Assembly: GCA_046723735.1 (NCBI GenBank)
Contig: JBKOVB010000045.1
Coordinates: 2,544-66,543 of the forward strand
DNA: 64,000 bases
Reading direction: 5' to 3'
Source: Actinomycetota bacterium
GTDB lineage: Bacteria > Actinomycetota > Actinomycetes > Mycobacteriales > SCTD01
Shown here one piece after another: positions 40,515-49,568 of the stretch. The notes beneath the pieces are model-generated. The model made no database searches. It saw only the letters and a list, made by a program, of their open reading frames with translations, and was not told the origin of the DNA. Each line of letters opens with the position of its first letter. Positions within the stretch are counted from its first letter, which is position 1. The position numbers and the translations under genes are program-made.

Positions 40515-41447
40515 GTGGACGATGGCGGGCTGAGCGCTGCTGCCCCCTCGGCGCCGGGGCGGCCCATGACAGCACGCCGGTTGTCGGTGTCGCAGGTCGT
40601 CGGCCGGGTCACCCAGACGCGCCGACGGCTCGAGGAGCAGCGCCGCGACCACCCCTTCGTCGACACGGCGTTCAACGCCAGGGACGTGCTCGACGAGACC
40701 GGCGGCGGCCTGCTCGCAGGCGCGATCGCGTTTCGGATCTTCCTGTTCCTGGTGCCGGCGGTGTTCCTGTTCGTCATCGGCTTCGGGCTCGGGGCCGACG
40801 CCGCGGGGTCCTCGCCCAGGGAGGCGGCCCGCAGCTTCGGGATCGCGGGCATCGTGGCGACCTCGATCGAGGGCGGGTCGCAGGCGTCGACGTTCGCCCG
40901 GTGGGCGACGTTCCTGATCGCGGCCTACGCCACGTTCAGCGGGGCGCGCGGGCTGCTCAAGGCGGTCTGGGTGGCGCACGCGCTGGTCTGGAAGGTGCGT
41001 CCGGGGCGCCTCACGCGGCTGCCGCAGCGCAGCGTGCAGCTGATCGGAGTGTTCGTGGCCGCGCTGGCGCTCGCCCGGGTGGTCGACCTGCTGCACTCGT
41101 GGTCGCTCATCGGCTGGGTCGTGGCGCTGGCGCTCTACACGGCCATCCCCGCCACGGTGTGGCTGCTGTGCTCGTCGCGGCTGTTCCCACGCCGGCCGGG
41201 CGTCACGTGGCTGCACGTGCTCCCTGGCGCGGTGCTCTTCGGCATCGGGGCGCAGGCGCTGCACGTGCTGACGCTCGTCTGGCTGACGCGATCCGTGGAA
41301 TCCAAGCAGGAGGCGTACGGCGCCATCGGCGCCGCGCTCACGATCCTGCTGTGGGCCTACCTGCTCGGGCTGGTGATGATCGCCGGGGCGGCGCTCAACG
41401 CGGCGGTCTGGCGCAGGTCCGGGGGCGCTGTCCCCGGGGAGGAGTGA
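40515..41447 (+). CDS. YihY/BrkB-family membrane protein, copy 1
   Basis: Motifs include GGLLAGAIAFRIFLFLVPAVFL and six TM helices, ...YGAIGAALTILLWAYLLGLVMIAGAALNA. The start could be ATG 40566. Confidence 0.8.
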   Translation: MDDGGLSAAAPSAPGRPMTARRLSVSQVVGRVTQTRRRLEEQRRDHPFVDTAFNARDVLDETGGGLLAGAIAFRIFLFLVPAVFLFVIGFGLGADAAGSSPREAARSFGIAGIVATSIEGGSQASTFARWATFLIAAYATFSGARGLLKAVWVAHALVWKVRPGRLTRLPQRSVQLIGVFVAALALARVVDLLHSWSLIGWVVALALYTAIPATVWLLCSSRLFPRRPGVTWLHVLPGAVLFGIGAQALHVLTLVWLTRSVESKQEAYGAIGAALTILLWAYLLGLVMIAGAALNAAVWRRSGGAVPGEE

Positions 41448-41454
41448 GGCGGAC

Positions 41455-42243
41455 ATGGTGCTCCGGACCGAGACCCCTGCGGTTGTCCCGCTCCCGCGTG
41501 TGGCCGAGGGGCCGCCGCCCGTCGTACCGGCTCGGGAGGCGCCCGCCCTGCCGGCCGCGGCCGACGTCGCGATCGGGCTGGGGGTCGAAGGGTTCCGGCT
41601 CGGGGTCAGGTCCGTGCGGGCCGGCGCCCGGTTGCTCGACCCGGTGACCCGTCGCCTGCTGCGGCCCAGCCCGTTGCCGGAGCGGTGGTGGCCCGCGACG
41701 CTCGCCGAGCGCCTCGCCGGTCAGGGACAGGAGGACCGCGCTCAGGTGGTCGAGGCCCTGACGCGGGCCTTCGACGCTCTCGTGCCCAAGGTGCTCGACG
41801 CGGTGCTCGACGACGTCGACCTGACCGCCCTCGTGCTGCACCGCGTCGACCTGGACGCGATCGCCGGCGGCCTCGACCTCGACGCCGCGGTGGCCCGGGT
41901 CGACCTCGACCGGATCGTCGACAGGATCCCGATCGACCACGTCCTCGCGCGCATCGACATCGACGAGGTGGCCGCCCAGGTCGACGTCGACGCCGTCCTC
42001 GACCGGGTCGACCTGATCGGCTTGGCGGGCTACATCATCGACGGCGTCGACCTGCCCGAGATCATCCGGGAGTCGACGGGCTCCATGGCGTCCGAGGGCC
42101 TGCGCGGGGTGCGCATGCAGAGCATTGACGCCGACGAGCGCGTGAACCGCCTCGTGGACCGGGTGCTGCTGCGCCGGCACGCGCGGCGGACGGAGGCGCC
42201 GGGACGGCTGAGCCCGGCGTACGAGGACGGGGACGCCACGTGA
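41455..42243 (+). CDS. Hypothetical protein with about eight 9-residue (V/I)D(L/I/V)Dx(I/V)xxR repeats
   Basis: The repeat block is at aa 121-205 (nt 41815-42069): VDLTALVLHR VDLDAIAGGL DLDAAVAR VDLDRIVDR IPIDHVLAR IDIDEVAAQ VDVDAVLDR VDLIGLAG.. VDLPEIIRE. The stop overlaps the start of the next gene (GTGA). Confidence 0.6.
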   Translation: MVLRTETPAVVPLPRVAEGPPPVVPAREAPALPAAADVAIGLGVEGFRLGVRSVRAGARLLDPVTRRLLRPSPLPERWWPATLAERLAGQGQEDRAQVVEALTRAFDALVPKVLDAVLDDVDLTALVLHRVDLDAIAGGLDLDAAVARVDLDRIVDRIPIDHVLARIDIDEVAAQVDVDAVLDRVDLIGLAGYIIDGVDLPEIIRESTGSMASEGLRGVRMQSIDADERVNRLVDRVLLRRHARRTEAPGRLSPAYEDGDAT

Positions 42244-42788
42244 CGGCCCTGGCCGACCGGCGAAGCGGCCGCCGCAGCCAGCCGCCCGTGGTCTCCGCCG
42301 TACCGGTGGAGGGCCGTCCCTACCAGGGACGTCGGGCCGGCATCGTGAGCCGGCTGGTGGCCAACACCGTCGACTTCCTCGTGGTGGTGCTCGTCCTGGC
42401 CGCGGGGTACGCCGCCGTGTCCGCCACCCTGTTCCTCTTGTCGCCGTCGCGCTTCAGCTGGCCCGACTTCCGTGGCCTGGTGCTGTTGGCGGTCGGCGCG
42501 TGCGTGATGTTCGTCTACCTCACGGCGTCGTGGGCGACGACCGGTCGGACGTACGGCGACCACCTCCTCGGCCTGCGGGTGCTCAGCTTCCGCGGCGAGC
42601 GGATGACCTGGCCGGGTGCCGCCGCGCGTGCGGCGCTCTACGTCGTGCTCCCTATCGGGATCATGTGGGCTGCCGTCAGCCGGCAGAACCGGTCGGTGCA
42701 GGACGTCGTGCTCCGCACGTCGGTGATCTACGACTGGGGGCCGGGGCACGTGCCGGGCGCAGGGGCTCGCATCACCCCGGCCGGGTGA
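42240..42788 (+). CDS. RDD-family membrane protein
   Basis: Translation reads YQGRRAGIVSRLVANTVDFLVV, then ...TTGRTYGDHLLGLRV, with three TM helices. Confidence 0.75.
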   Translation: MTALADRRSGRRSQPPVVSAVPVEGRPYQGRRAGIVSRLVANTVDFLVVVLVLAAGYAAVSATLFLLSPSRFSWPDFRGLVLLAVGACVMFVYLTASWATTGRTYGDHLLGLRVLSFRGERMTWPGAAARAALYVVLPIGIMWAAVSRQNRSVQDVVLRTSVIYDWGPGHVPGAGARITPAG

Positions 42789-42844
42789 TGCCGTCCTCCG
42801 AGGCGCCCGGAAGTGTCGAGGAGTCACCGGACGAGGAGGCCAGC

Positions 42845-44710
42845 ATGCAGACGTATCCACCCATCGCCGACCACGGTTTGATCGGTGACCTCCAGACCTG
42901 CGCTCTCGTGTCGACCGACGGCGAGGTGGACTGGTTCTGCTGTCCGCGCTTCGACTCCCCGAGCGTGTTCGCGTCGCTGCTCGACCGGCAGCGCGGCGGG
43001 CACTTCTCGATCCGGCCGCACACCGGCGGCTACGTCACGAAGCAGCTCTACCTGCCGGACACGGCGATCCTCATCACCCGCTTCCTCACGGAGGAGGGCG
43101 TTGGCGAGGTGTGCGACTTCATGCCGGTGATCGAGGGTGCAGCCACCGACCGGCACCAGCTGGTGCGGCTGGTGCGCGTGGTGCGTGGCGAGATGACCTT
43201 CGTCGCGGGATGCCAGCCGCACTTCGACTACGGGCGGGCCGGCCACAAGACGGAGGTCACGAAGCAGGGGGTGGCCTTCATCGGCGACGACGGGACGGAG
43301 CTGGCCCTGCACCTGGTACGCCGGCAGGGCATCGCCGCCGAGGAGCAGGTGGAGGTGCAGCACGACGAGGAGGGCGTCCGCGGGGTGGTCACGCTGAGCG
43401 CGGGCCAGGTGGGTGGCCTCATCCTGGAGTCGGCTCCGGGCGGGCCACCTCGCGAGCTCTCACCCGGCGAGGTGGTCTCGATGTTCGAGCACACCCGGGA
43501 CTTCTGGCGGAGGTGGGTCGGCCGCTCGACGTACCGCGGGCGCTGGCGCGAGCAGGTGGAGCGCTCCGCGATGACGCTGAAGCTCATGACCTACCAGCCG
43601 ACCGGCGGGCTCGTGGCCGCCCCCACCACGGGACTGCCGGAGCAACCGGGCGGCGAGCGCAACTGGGACTACCGCTTCACCTGGGTCCGGGACGGCTCGT
43701 TCTCGGTCTACGCACTGCTGGGGCTCGGCTACACAGAGGAGGCCGAGGCGTTCCTGCGCTGGCTCGGGGCGCGGGTCTCGGAGACGGCCGCGACGGACGG
43801 CCAGTCCCCGCTGAAGATCATGTACCGCATCGACGGCTCATCGGACCTCGCCGAGGAGGAGCTCGACCACTTCGAGGGATGGCGCGGTTCGCGGCCGGTC
43901 CGGATCGGCAACGGCGCCTCGGACCAGCTGCAGATGGACATCTACGGCGAGGCTCTCGACTCCGTGCGGCTGGGTGACGAGCACGGTCTCGAGATGAGCC
44001 ACGCCGGGTGGGAGGACGTGCGCCGCGTGGTCGACTGGCTGTGCGACCACTGGGACACGCCGGACGACGGCATCTGGGAGACCCGTGGCGGGCGGCAGGA
44101 CTTCACGTACGGCCGCCTCATGTCGTGGGTGGCGCTCGACCGTGCCGTCCACCTGGCGATCACGCGTGCCCGGCCGGCCGACCTGCCGCGCTGGGTGGCG
44201 GTCCGCGACGCGATCTACCGGCAGATCATGGACCGCGGCTGGAACGCCGAGCGGCAGGCCTTCGTGCAGCACTACCGCACGCACGTGCTCGACGCGTCGC
44301 TGCTCTACATGCCTCTCGTCGGCTTCGTCTCGCCCCGCGACCCCATGTGGGTGTCGACGATGCGAGCCATGGAGGAGGAGCTGGTGTCCGACAGCCTCGT
44401 GTACCGCTACGACCCGGAGGCGTCGCCAGACGGCCTGCGGGGCTCCGAGGGCACGTTCTCGATCTGCACATTCTGGTACGTCGACGCGCTGGCCCGCGCG
44501 GGCCGGCTCGACGACGCGCGGCTGACCTTCGAGAAGATGCTGACCTACGCCAACCACCTGGGGCTCTACTCGGAGGAGATCGGCCCGACCGGCGAGCAGA
44601 TCGGCAACTTCCCCCAGGCGTTCAGCCACCTCGCGCTCATCAGCGCTGCGGTGAACCTGAACTACCAGCTCGACCACGACGGATCGCTCGCCGGGGTGCT
44701 CGCCAGGTGA
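42845..44710 (+). CDS. Glycoside hydrolase family 15 (glucoamylase/trehalase-type)
   Basis: ATG 42845. The N-terminus reads YPPIADHGLIGDLQTCALVSTDGEVDWFCCPRFDSPSVFASLLD. The catalytic region carries ERNWDYRFTWVRD, QMDIYGE, GIWETRG and FPQAFSHLALI. Confidence 0.9.
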   Translation: MQTYPPIADHGLIGDLQTCALVSTDGEVDWFCCPRFDSPSVFASLLDRQRGGHFSIRPHTGGYVTKQLYLPDTAILITRFLTEEGVGEVCDFMPVIEGAATDRHQLVRLVRVVRGEMTFVAGCQPHFDYGRAGHKTEVTKQGVAFIGDDGTELALHLVRRQGIAAEEQVEVQHDEEGVRGVVTLSAGQVGGLILESAPGGPPRELSPGEVVSMFEHTRDFWRRWVGRSTYRGRWREQVERSAMTLKLMTYQPTGGLVAAPTTGLPEQPGGERNWDYRFTWVRDGSFSVYALLGLGYTEEAEAFLRWLGARVSETAATDGQSPLKIMYRIDGSSDLAEEELDHFEGWRGSRPVRIGNGASDQLQMDIYGEALDSVRLGDEHGLEMSHAGWEDVRRVVDWLCDHWDTPDDGIWETRGGRQDFTYGRLMSWVALDRAVHLAITRARPADLPRWVAVRDAIYRQIMDRGWNAERQAFVQHYRTHVLDASLLYMPLVGFVSPRDPMWVSTMRAMEEELVSDSLVYRYDPEASPDGLRGSEGTFSICTFWYVDALARAGRLDDARLTFEKMLTYANHLGLYSEEIGPTGEQIGNFPQAFSHLALISAAVNLNYQLDHDGSLAGVLAR

Positions 44711-44855
44711 GCCGTGCCCCGGGTGCGCCGCCGCGGCGTGGCACCCGGGGCGTTGCTCGGCCGTGCGCTCAGGCTGTCCCCGGCGCAGACGTCCTGTCAG
44801 GGCCCGAGACGCACTTCTGCTGGCCGGCCGGGTCGCCGGGGGGTATGACGGCGAC

Positions 44856-45566
44856 GTGACCACCCTCGGCATCGTCGACCTCACCCTGCGCCTCCTGGTG
44901 GCCGGGCTGGCCGCTGTGCTGCTGGGCGTCGAGCGCGAGGTGCGTGGTCATGCCGCAGGAGTGCGCACGCACGCCCTGGTCGCCATCGGCGCCGCGCTCT
45001 TCACGTTGGTGGGCGCGTACGGCTTCGCGGACGTGCCGCGGGGGCCGAGCTACGACCCGACCCGGATCGCCGCCCAGGTGGCGAGCGGCATCGGCTTCCT
45101 GGGTGCGGGGGCCATCCTCCGTCAGGGGATCGGCGTACGCGGACTCACCACGGCAGCCACGCTGTGGCTCGCCGCCGCGCTGGGCGTGGCGTCGGGTGCC
45201 GGCGCCTACGCGGCGGTGGCCGTGACGACCGTCGTCGTCCTGCTCGTCCTCGTCGCGCTGCGGCTCGCCAAGCCCGTCCTGCAGCGGGTGGGGGGAGGGG
45301 TCACTCTCGTCGAGCTGGAGTACGAGCGGGGCCACGGCACCCTCGGCCCGCTGCTGCGTGCCGTGAACGCCCTGCCCGGCCGCCTGGACCACCTCGAGCT
45401 GGACGACGACGAGGACGAGGAGGAAGGCCTGCGGCGCGCGAGCCTCTACGTCACGGGACGAGACCTGGACCAGCTGCACGCCGTCGTCGAGCAGCTCCGT
45501 GAGCGCCCCGAGGTGCGGGCGGTCCGCATCACGCGCGGCGCAGGCGGCGCGCCCGCGCCGGGTTAG
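44856..45566 (+). CDS. MgtC/SapB-family membrane protein with acidic ACT-like C-terminal domain
   Basis: GTG 44856. Motifs include GVEREVRGHAAGVRTHALVAIGAALF, ASGIGFLGAGAI and GLTTAATLWLAAALG. Confidence 0.8.
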   Translation: MTTLGIVDLTLRLLVAGLAAVLLGVEREVRGHAAGVRTHALVAIGAALFTLVGAYGFADVPRGPSYDPTRIAAQVASGIGFLGAGAILRQGIGVRGLTTAATLWLAAALGVASGAGAYAAVAVTTVVVLLVLVALRLAKPVLQRVGGGVTLVELEYERGHGTLGPLLRAVNALPGRLDHLELDDDEDEEEGLRRASLYVTGRDLDQLHAVVEQLRERPEVRAVRITRGAGGAPAPG

Positions 45567-45572
45567 CCCGCT

Positions 45573-45600
45573 GCGAGCGCGGCAGGGCTGCCTCGCTCGC
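45573..45600. terminator. GC-rich hairpin between convergent mgtC-like and CYTH-CHAD genes
   Basis: The hairpin gcgagcgcggca-gggc-tgcctcgctcgc has 11 of 12 positions paired and starts 7 nt after the MgtC stop. There is no U-tract, which is typical of high-G+C actinobacterial terminators. Confidence 0.5.
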
Positions 45601-45640
45601 CCTCGGCGATCGACGAGGTGGCACGCCTGCGTCGGCCTCG

Positions 45641-47068
45641 TCAGCCCAGCGGCAGCTGCGCGAGGAAGGCCCGGCGCGCCTGGAGCGCCTGCGCCCGCTC
45701 ACGCTCCACGAGGCGACCGCACAGCACGCCGAGCGCGGGGTTCTCGGAGGCCAGCTGTTCGAGCCGCTGTACCGCGACGACCGCGTCCTGGTGCTCCCCG
45801 AGGTGCTCCTGCACCTTCTCCGCCGCCTTCACCTGTCGCCGTACCTCGCCTCCCAGCGCCACGCGTGCGGTCTCGGCGGTGTAGCGCGCCCGCTTCGCCG
45901 CGATCCGGGTCCCGTGCCACTCCTCGTCCGGGCTGTCGAGGCCGAGACGGTCCGCCCGCCGGCGCAGCGCCCGCCACGTGCCCTTGAGCAGCGGAGGCAG
46001 CGCCCGCCGGCACGGGCCCGCGGCGGCCGGTGCCAGGCGCAGCGAGCCTGCGAGCTCCTCGAGCAGTCCCAGCACGGCCAGGTAGCGCGGCGAGCCGAGC
46101 GCGGCATCTCCCTCCGCGGCGGCGGTGCGCTCCTCCGCCTCGAGCAGGGCGTCGACCGGGTCCACGTCGAGGACACCGGTGGGGTGTTCCGCCGTGCGCC
46201 GCAGGCGTGCGCGCAGCACCTCCAGGTCGCGCGCCGTGCCGAGGCTGTCCGCCAGCCACCGCAGCTCGCCGCGCAACGCCTCCGCACGAGGGTCGTCGAG
46301 CATCGGCCGCAGCGCCCGCAGGTCGCTGCGCAGCCGGCGGCACGTCACCCGCAGCTGGTGCACGGCGTCGGGCAGCCCGCGGCGCACCCCGAGGTCGTGC
46401 TCGAGCAGCTGGGAGCCGCGCGTGCGCAACGACCACCGGACGAGCTCGCCGACCGGGTCGTCGGGCCCCACCTGCACCGGGGCGTCGAAGGGGACGTCCA
46501 GGACGCGCAGCGCCTTCGGTGTCTGGTCCCCGAGCTGGGCCCCCGACGCCAGCAGCGCGTCCAGGACCCGGCGGTGCACCTTGGTCCCTGCGTCCCGCTG
46601 CTCCAGCTCGAGCTCGTGCCAGCCGGTCCCGCCCACGACCTCGACGACGTCGTCGACCAGCTCGGCCAGCTCGTCCCCGCTCTCGTTCAGCAGCACCAGG
46701 CTGGTACGCCGGGTGAGCAGCTCCACGACCGGGCGCAGTGGCTCGCCGCGATGCAGCGCTACGAGCAGCGAGGAGAGCTGGCGCGGCAGGACGGCGCGGG
46801 ACGCCGGCACGGAAAGCTCCCGGCGGTCGAGCGCCCCTCCCACGACGCCGCCGAGCTTCAGCGTCCAGCCGGCCTCCCCGTCGCCGGTTCGATGGCGCAG
46901 CGTCACGCCGTGCTGGGCGAGGGCCAGGGCCTCGGTGTCGAAGTACCGGGCTCGCAGCGTCGCGGACCGTGTGGACACCGCGTGGACACCTTTGACGCCG
47001 TCGAGCGCGGGCAGCACGAAGTCGTCGGGGACGGTGAGCTTCGTCTCGACCTCGTGGAGGTCTTGCAC
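45641..47068 (-). CDS. CYTH (triphosphate tunnel) + CHAD domain protein
   Basis: GTG 47068. The N-terminus reads HEVETKLTV...RYFDT...HGVTLRHR...GWTLKL (CYTH EXEXK). The C-terminal half reads VHQLRVTCRRLRSDLR...WHGTRIAAKRARYTAE (CHAD helices). Confidence 0.85.
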   Translation of the reverse strand: MQDLHEVETKLTVPDDFVLPALDGVKGVHAVSTRSATLRARYFDTEALALAQHGVTLRHRTGDGEAGWTLKLGGVVGGALDRRELSVPASRAVLPRQLSSLLVALHRGEPLRPVVELLTRRTSLVLLNESGDELAELVDDVVEVVGGTGWHELELEQRDAGTKVHRRVLDALLASGAQLGDQTPKALRVLDVPFDAPVQVGPDDPVGELVRWSLRTRGSQLLEHDLGVRRGLPDAVHQLRVTCRRLRSDLRALRPMLDDPRAEALRGELRWLADSLGTARDLEVLRARLRRTAEHPTGVLDVDPVDALLEAEERTAAAEGDAALGSPRYLAVLGLLEELAGSLRLAPAAAGPCRRALPPLLKGTWRALRRRADRLGLDSPDEEWHGTRIAAKRARYTAETARVALGGEVRRQVKAAEKVQEHLGEHQDAVVAVQRLEQLASENPALGVLCGRLVERERAQALQARRAFLAQLPLG

Positions 47069-47108
47069 GCGCCACAGGATCACGCAGCGGACAGGGCGGC
47101 CGCAACGC

Positions 47109-48011
47109 CTACGGCTGCAGGAGGTTCTTCCAGCGGTGACGCGTGAGCAGCACACCCTCGCGGACGCCCCAGGGGCACAGGTTGAGCTCTTCGGCCCTCA
47201 CCTGGTGCAGGGTCGTGGCGGCCACGACCGCGGTGGCGAGCAGCTGCTCGGCCTTCTCCGGCGAGATGCCCGGGAGGCTGTCCAGCTCCTCCTTCGACCT
47301 GGCCGCAAGCTCGGTGACGAGCTGGTCCAGGTCGTGGCGTCGCAGCCTCACCGACCTGTAGGCCTCCTCCCTCGGCGACGCTGTGCCCGACACGCGGGCC
47401 AGCGCCCGCAGCGTGGGTGACGTGCCGACGACGATGTCGCAGGCCACGTCGTACAGAGCCTGGAGCGCCTCGCAGAGCACGTCGTCGACGTGCGCCCGCA
47501 ACCGCTTCAGCTGCCGCGGCCGGGGCGGGTCGTGCAGCAGGTGCTCGCAGGTGAGCCGCGCGGCGCCGAGGGGGAGTGAGGCGACCTGGTCGGCCACCTC
47601 GTCCGACCCGACGGCGAGGGCCGTGGCCTCCGCCCCGACGTCGAGCGTCAGCAGCCGTCCGGCGCTCCACCCGCACCAGCGACGCGCCGCCAGGAACGTG
47701 AGCTGTGCCTCGTCCTCCGCCCGCAGCACCAGGAGCTCGGCGCCCGTGAGCTGGCGCACCCCGCGCGTGACGCCGTCGGCTTCGGGGGCCTGCCGGAAGG
47801 CTGCGCGGGCGAAGGCGAACAGGTCGCCCACACCCAGCCGCCGGGACAGCGCGCAGGCCTCGTGCACGGCGAACGGCAGCCCGGTGCCGTTGCGCGACGC
47901 ATCCACCGGCCAGTGCCGGTCCGCGACCCGCGCCGGCTCCGACCCGGGCTGGGTGTCAGCCACGAGCAGCCGCGCCCCGTCGGCGCCGACCTCCAGGATC
48001 CCGTGCCGCAT
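47109..48011 (-). CDS. Ppx/GppA-family phosphatase (short, two-domain form)
   Basis: Translation reads GILEVGADGARLLV, then ...EDEAQLTFLAARRW...LTLDVGAEATAL, with the ASKHA fold phosphate motifs. Confidence 0.75.
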   Translation of the reverse strand: MRHGILEVGADGARLLVADTQPGSEPARVADRHWPVDASRNGTGLPFAVHEACALSRRLGVGDLFAFARAAFRQAPEADGVTRGVRQLTGAELLVLRAEDEAQLTFLAARRWCGWSAGRLLTLDVGAEATALAVGSDEVADQVASLPLGAARLTCEHLLHDPPRPRQLKRLRAHVDDVLCEALQALYDVACDIVVGTSPTLRALARVSGTASPREEAYRSVRLRRHDLDQLVTELAARSKEELDSLPGISPEKAEQLLATAVVAATTLHQVRAEELNLCPWGVREGVLLTRHRWKNLLQP

Positions 48012-48193
48012 GCGTCGTCACCTCAGGGCCATGTGTGCCCCTTCACGCCGTGTTCACGCGTTCGGCGACGGAGCGACGGGACCAAGGACCTCTGGTGAGG
48101 AAGCGGTCGACGGTGCACCATGACCCGCGAGGCGGCAGCACCTGTCGACCAGATGTCGTGCGTCCTCCGCACCCGCGTGACCCGGAGGGGTTC

Positions 48194-48454
48194 GTGGCTG
48201 GGTCTTCGTCGGACCTCGGGTCCGCGGAACGTCAGCACCTGGAGGCCGTGACCGCGCGGCTGGTGCGCCAGTTCCCCGAGCTCCCCGAGCGCGACGTCCG
48301 CGTCGTCGTGGCCGCCGCCGCACGGCGCCTCGAGGACGCGAGGGTGCGCCAGTTCGTGCCGCTGCTCGTGGAGCGCGCTGCCCGCGCGGACTGCCGCCGC
48401 CGGCGGCGTGTCATCCACCTGCCCGACGCCGCTCCCGCGCCGGCGCCCCGCTAG
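48194..48454 (+). CDS. Small three-helix-bundle-type protein (like the N-terminal dimerisation module of some actinobacterial phosphatases)
   Basis: Translation reads AERQHLEAVTARLVRQFPELPERDVRVVVAAAARRLEDARVRQFVPLLVERAARADC. The start is ambiguous (GTG 48194 after GGAGG, or GTG 48158). Confidence 0.45.
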   Translation: MAGSSSDLGSAERQHLEAVTARLVRQFPELPERDVRVVVAAAARRLEDARVRQFVPLLVERAARADCRRRRRVIHLPDAAPAPAPR

Positions 48455-49401
48455 CCCTCGTCAGCCTTCAGCGTCGAGTCGTCCCGCAGCTCGACGTACG
48501 GCTCCTCGTCCGCGGGGAAGCCCTCGGCGATGCGCCGGGCGCGCTGCAGCTCGGCGTCGAGCTCGGCACCCAGCAGCACCGCGATGTTGGAGATCCACAG
48601 CCACACGAGGAAGACGATCACGCCCGCGACGGTGCCGTAGGTCTTGTTGTACGAGCCGAAGTTGGCGACGTAGAACCCGAACCCGAGCGACGCCGCAATC
48701 CAGATGACCAGGGCCACGAAACTGCCGGGAGTGACCCACCGGAAGCCGGTCTGCTTCGCGTTGGGGGTGGCGTAGTAGAGGATCGCCAGCATCACGACGG
48801 CCACCAGCAGCAGCGCCGGCCACTTCGCCACGTCCCAGACCGTCACCGCGGTACTGCCGACGCCGAGCGCGTCGCCGGCCCGCTCCGCGAACGAGCCGGT
48901 GAACACGACGGCCAGCGCGCCGGCCGTGGCCAGCACGACGAGGACGAGCGTCACGCCGAGGCGCACCGGGAGCCGTTTCCACAGCGGCCGGCCTTCCTCC
49001 ACGTCGTAGATCGCGTTCGCCGCACGCGTGAAGGCCGACACGTAGCTGGACGCTGACCACAACGCGACCGCGAGGCCGACCACGAAGAGGACACCCGCCG
49101 ACCGCTGGCTGCGTTGCAGCTCCTCCACGGCGCCGGTGAGGACGTCGCGGGCCGGTCCCGGGGCGAGCTCTGCGACGTTGTCGAGCACGGGCTGGGTCGC
49201 CGACTTCCCGAACAACCCGAGCACCGACAGCGTCGCGATGAGCGCGGGGAACAGCGACAGGATCCCGTAGTACGTGAGCGCGGCCGCCCAGTCGCCCACG
49301 TTGTCGTCCTTGTACTCCCGGGCCGTCCGCCTCAGCGCCCCGAGCCACTCCTGCCGGGACAGCCTCGTGGGCCGGTCAGGTTCTTGCTCGCGATCCGGCA
49401 T
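48451..49401 (-). CDS. YihY/BrkB-family membrane protein, copy 2
   Basis: ATG 49401. Translation reads DWAAALTYYGILSLFPALIA, then ...YGTVAGVIVFLVWLWISNIAVLLGAELDAE. Confidence 0.8.
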   Translation of the reverse strand: MPDREQEPDRPTRLSRQEWLGALRRTAREYKDDNVGDWAAALTYYGILSLFPALIATLSVLGLFGKSATQPVLDNVAELAPGPARDVLTGAVEELQRSQRSAGVLFVVGLAVALWSASSYVSAFTRAANAIYDVEEGRPLWKRLPVRLGVTLVLVVLATAGALAVVFTGSFAERAGDALGVGSTAVTVWDVAKWPALLLVAVVMLAILYYATPNAKQTGFRWVTPGSFVALVIWIAASLGFGFYVANFGSYNKTYGTVAGVIVFLVWLWISNIAVLLGAELDAELQRARRIAEGFPADEEPYVELRDDSTLKADEG

Positions 49402-49568
49402 GCCTGCCCCCTGCCTTGTCCGGTACGGCGGACGAAGCGCCCGCCCGGCAGCCACGAGACCTAGGCTGCCCGGCCGGTGCGCGCCTCACACCCGGCTCGG
49501 CTCGGCCACCGAGGCCACCGCCGTATGGGAGAGAAGGGCTGGTCGTGACGACACCGCGTTGACTGCGG

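Noticed and set aside
42500-42844. N-terminal extension of the GH15 ORF (track start 42500)
   Set aside because: The extension overlaps the RDD gene in another frame and is Arg/Pro-rich. The conserved GH15 N-terminus begins at ATG 42845.
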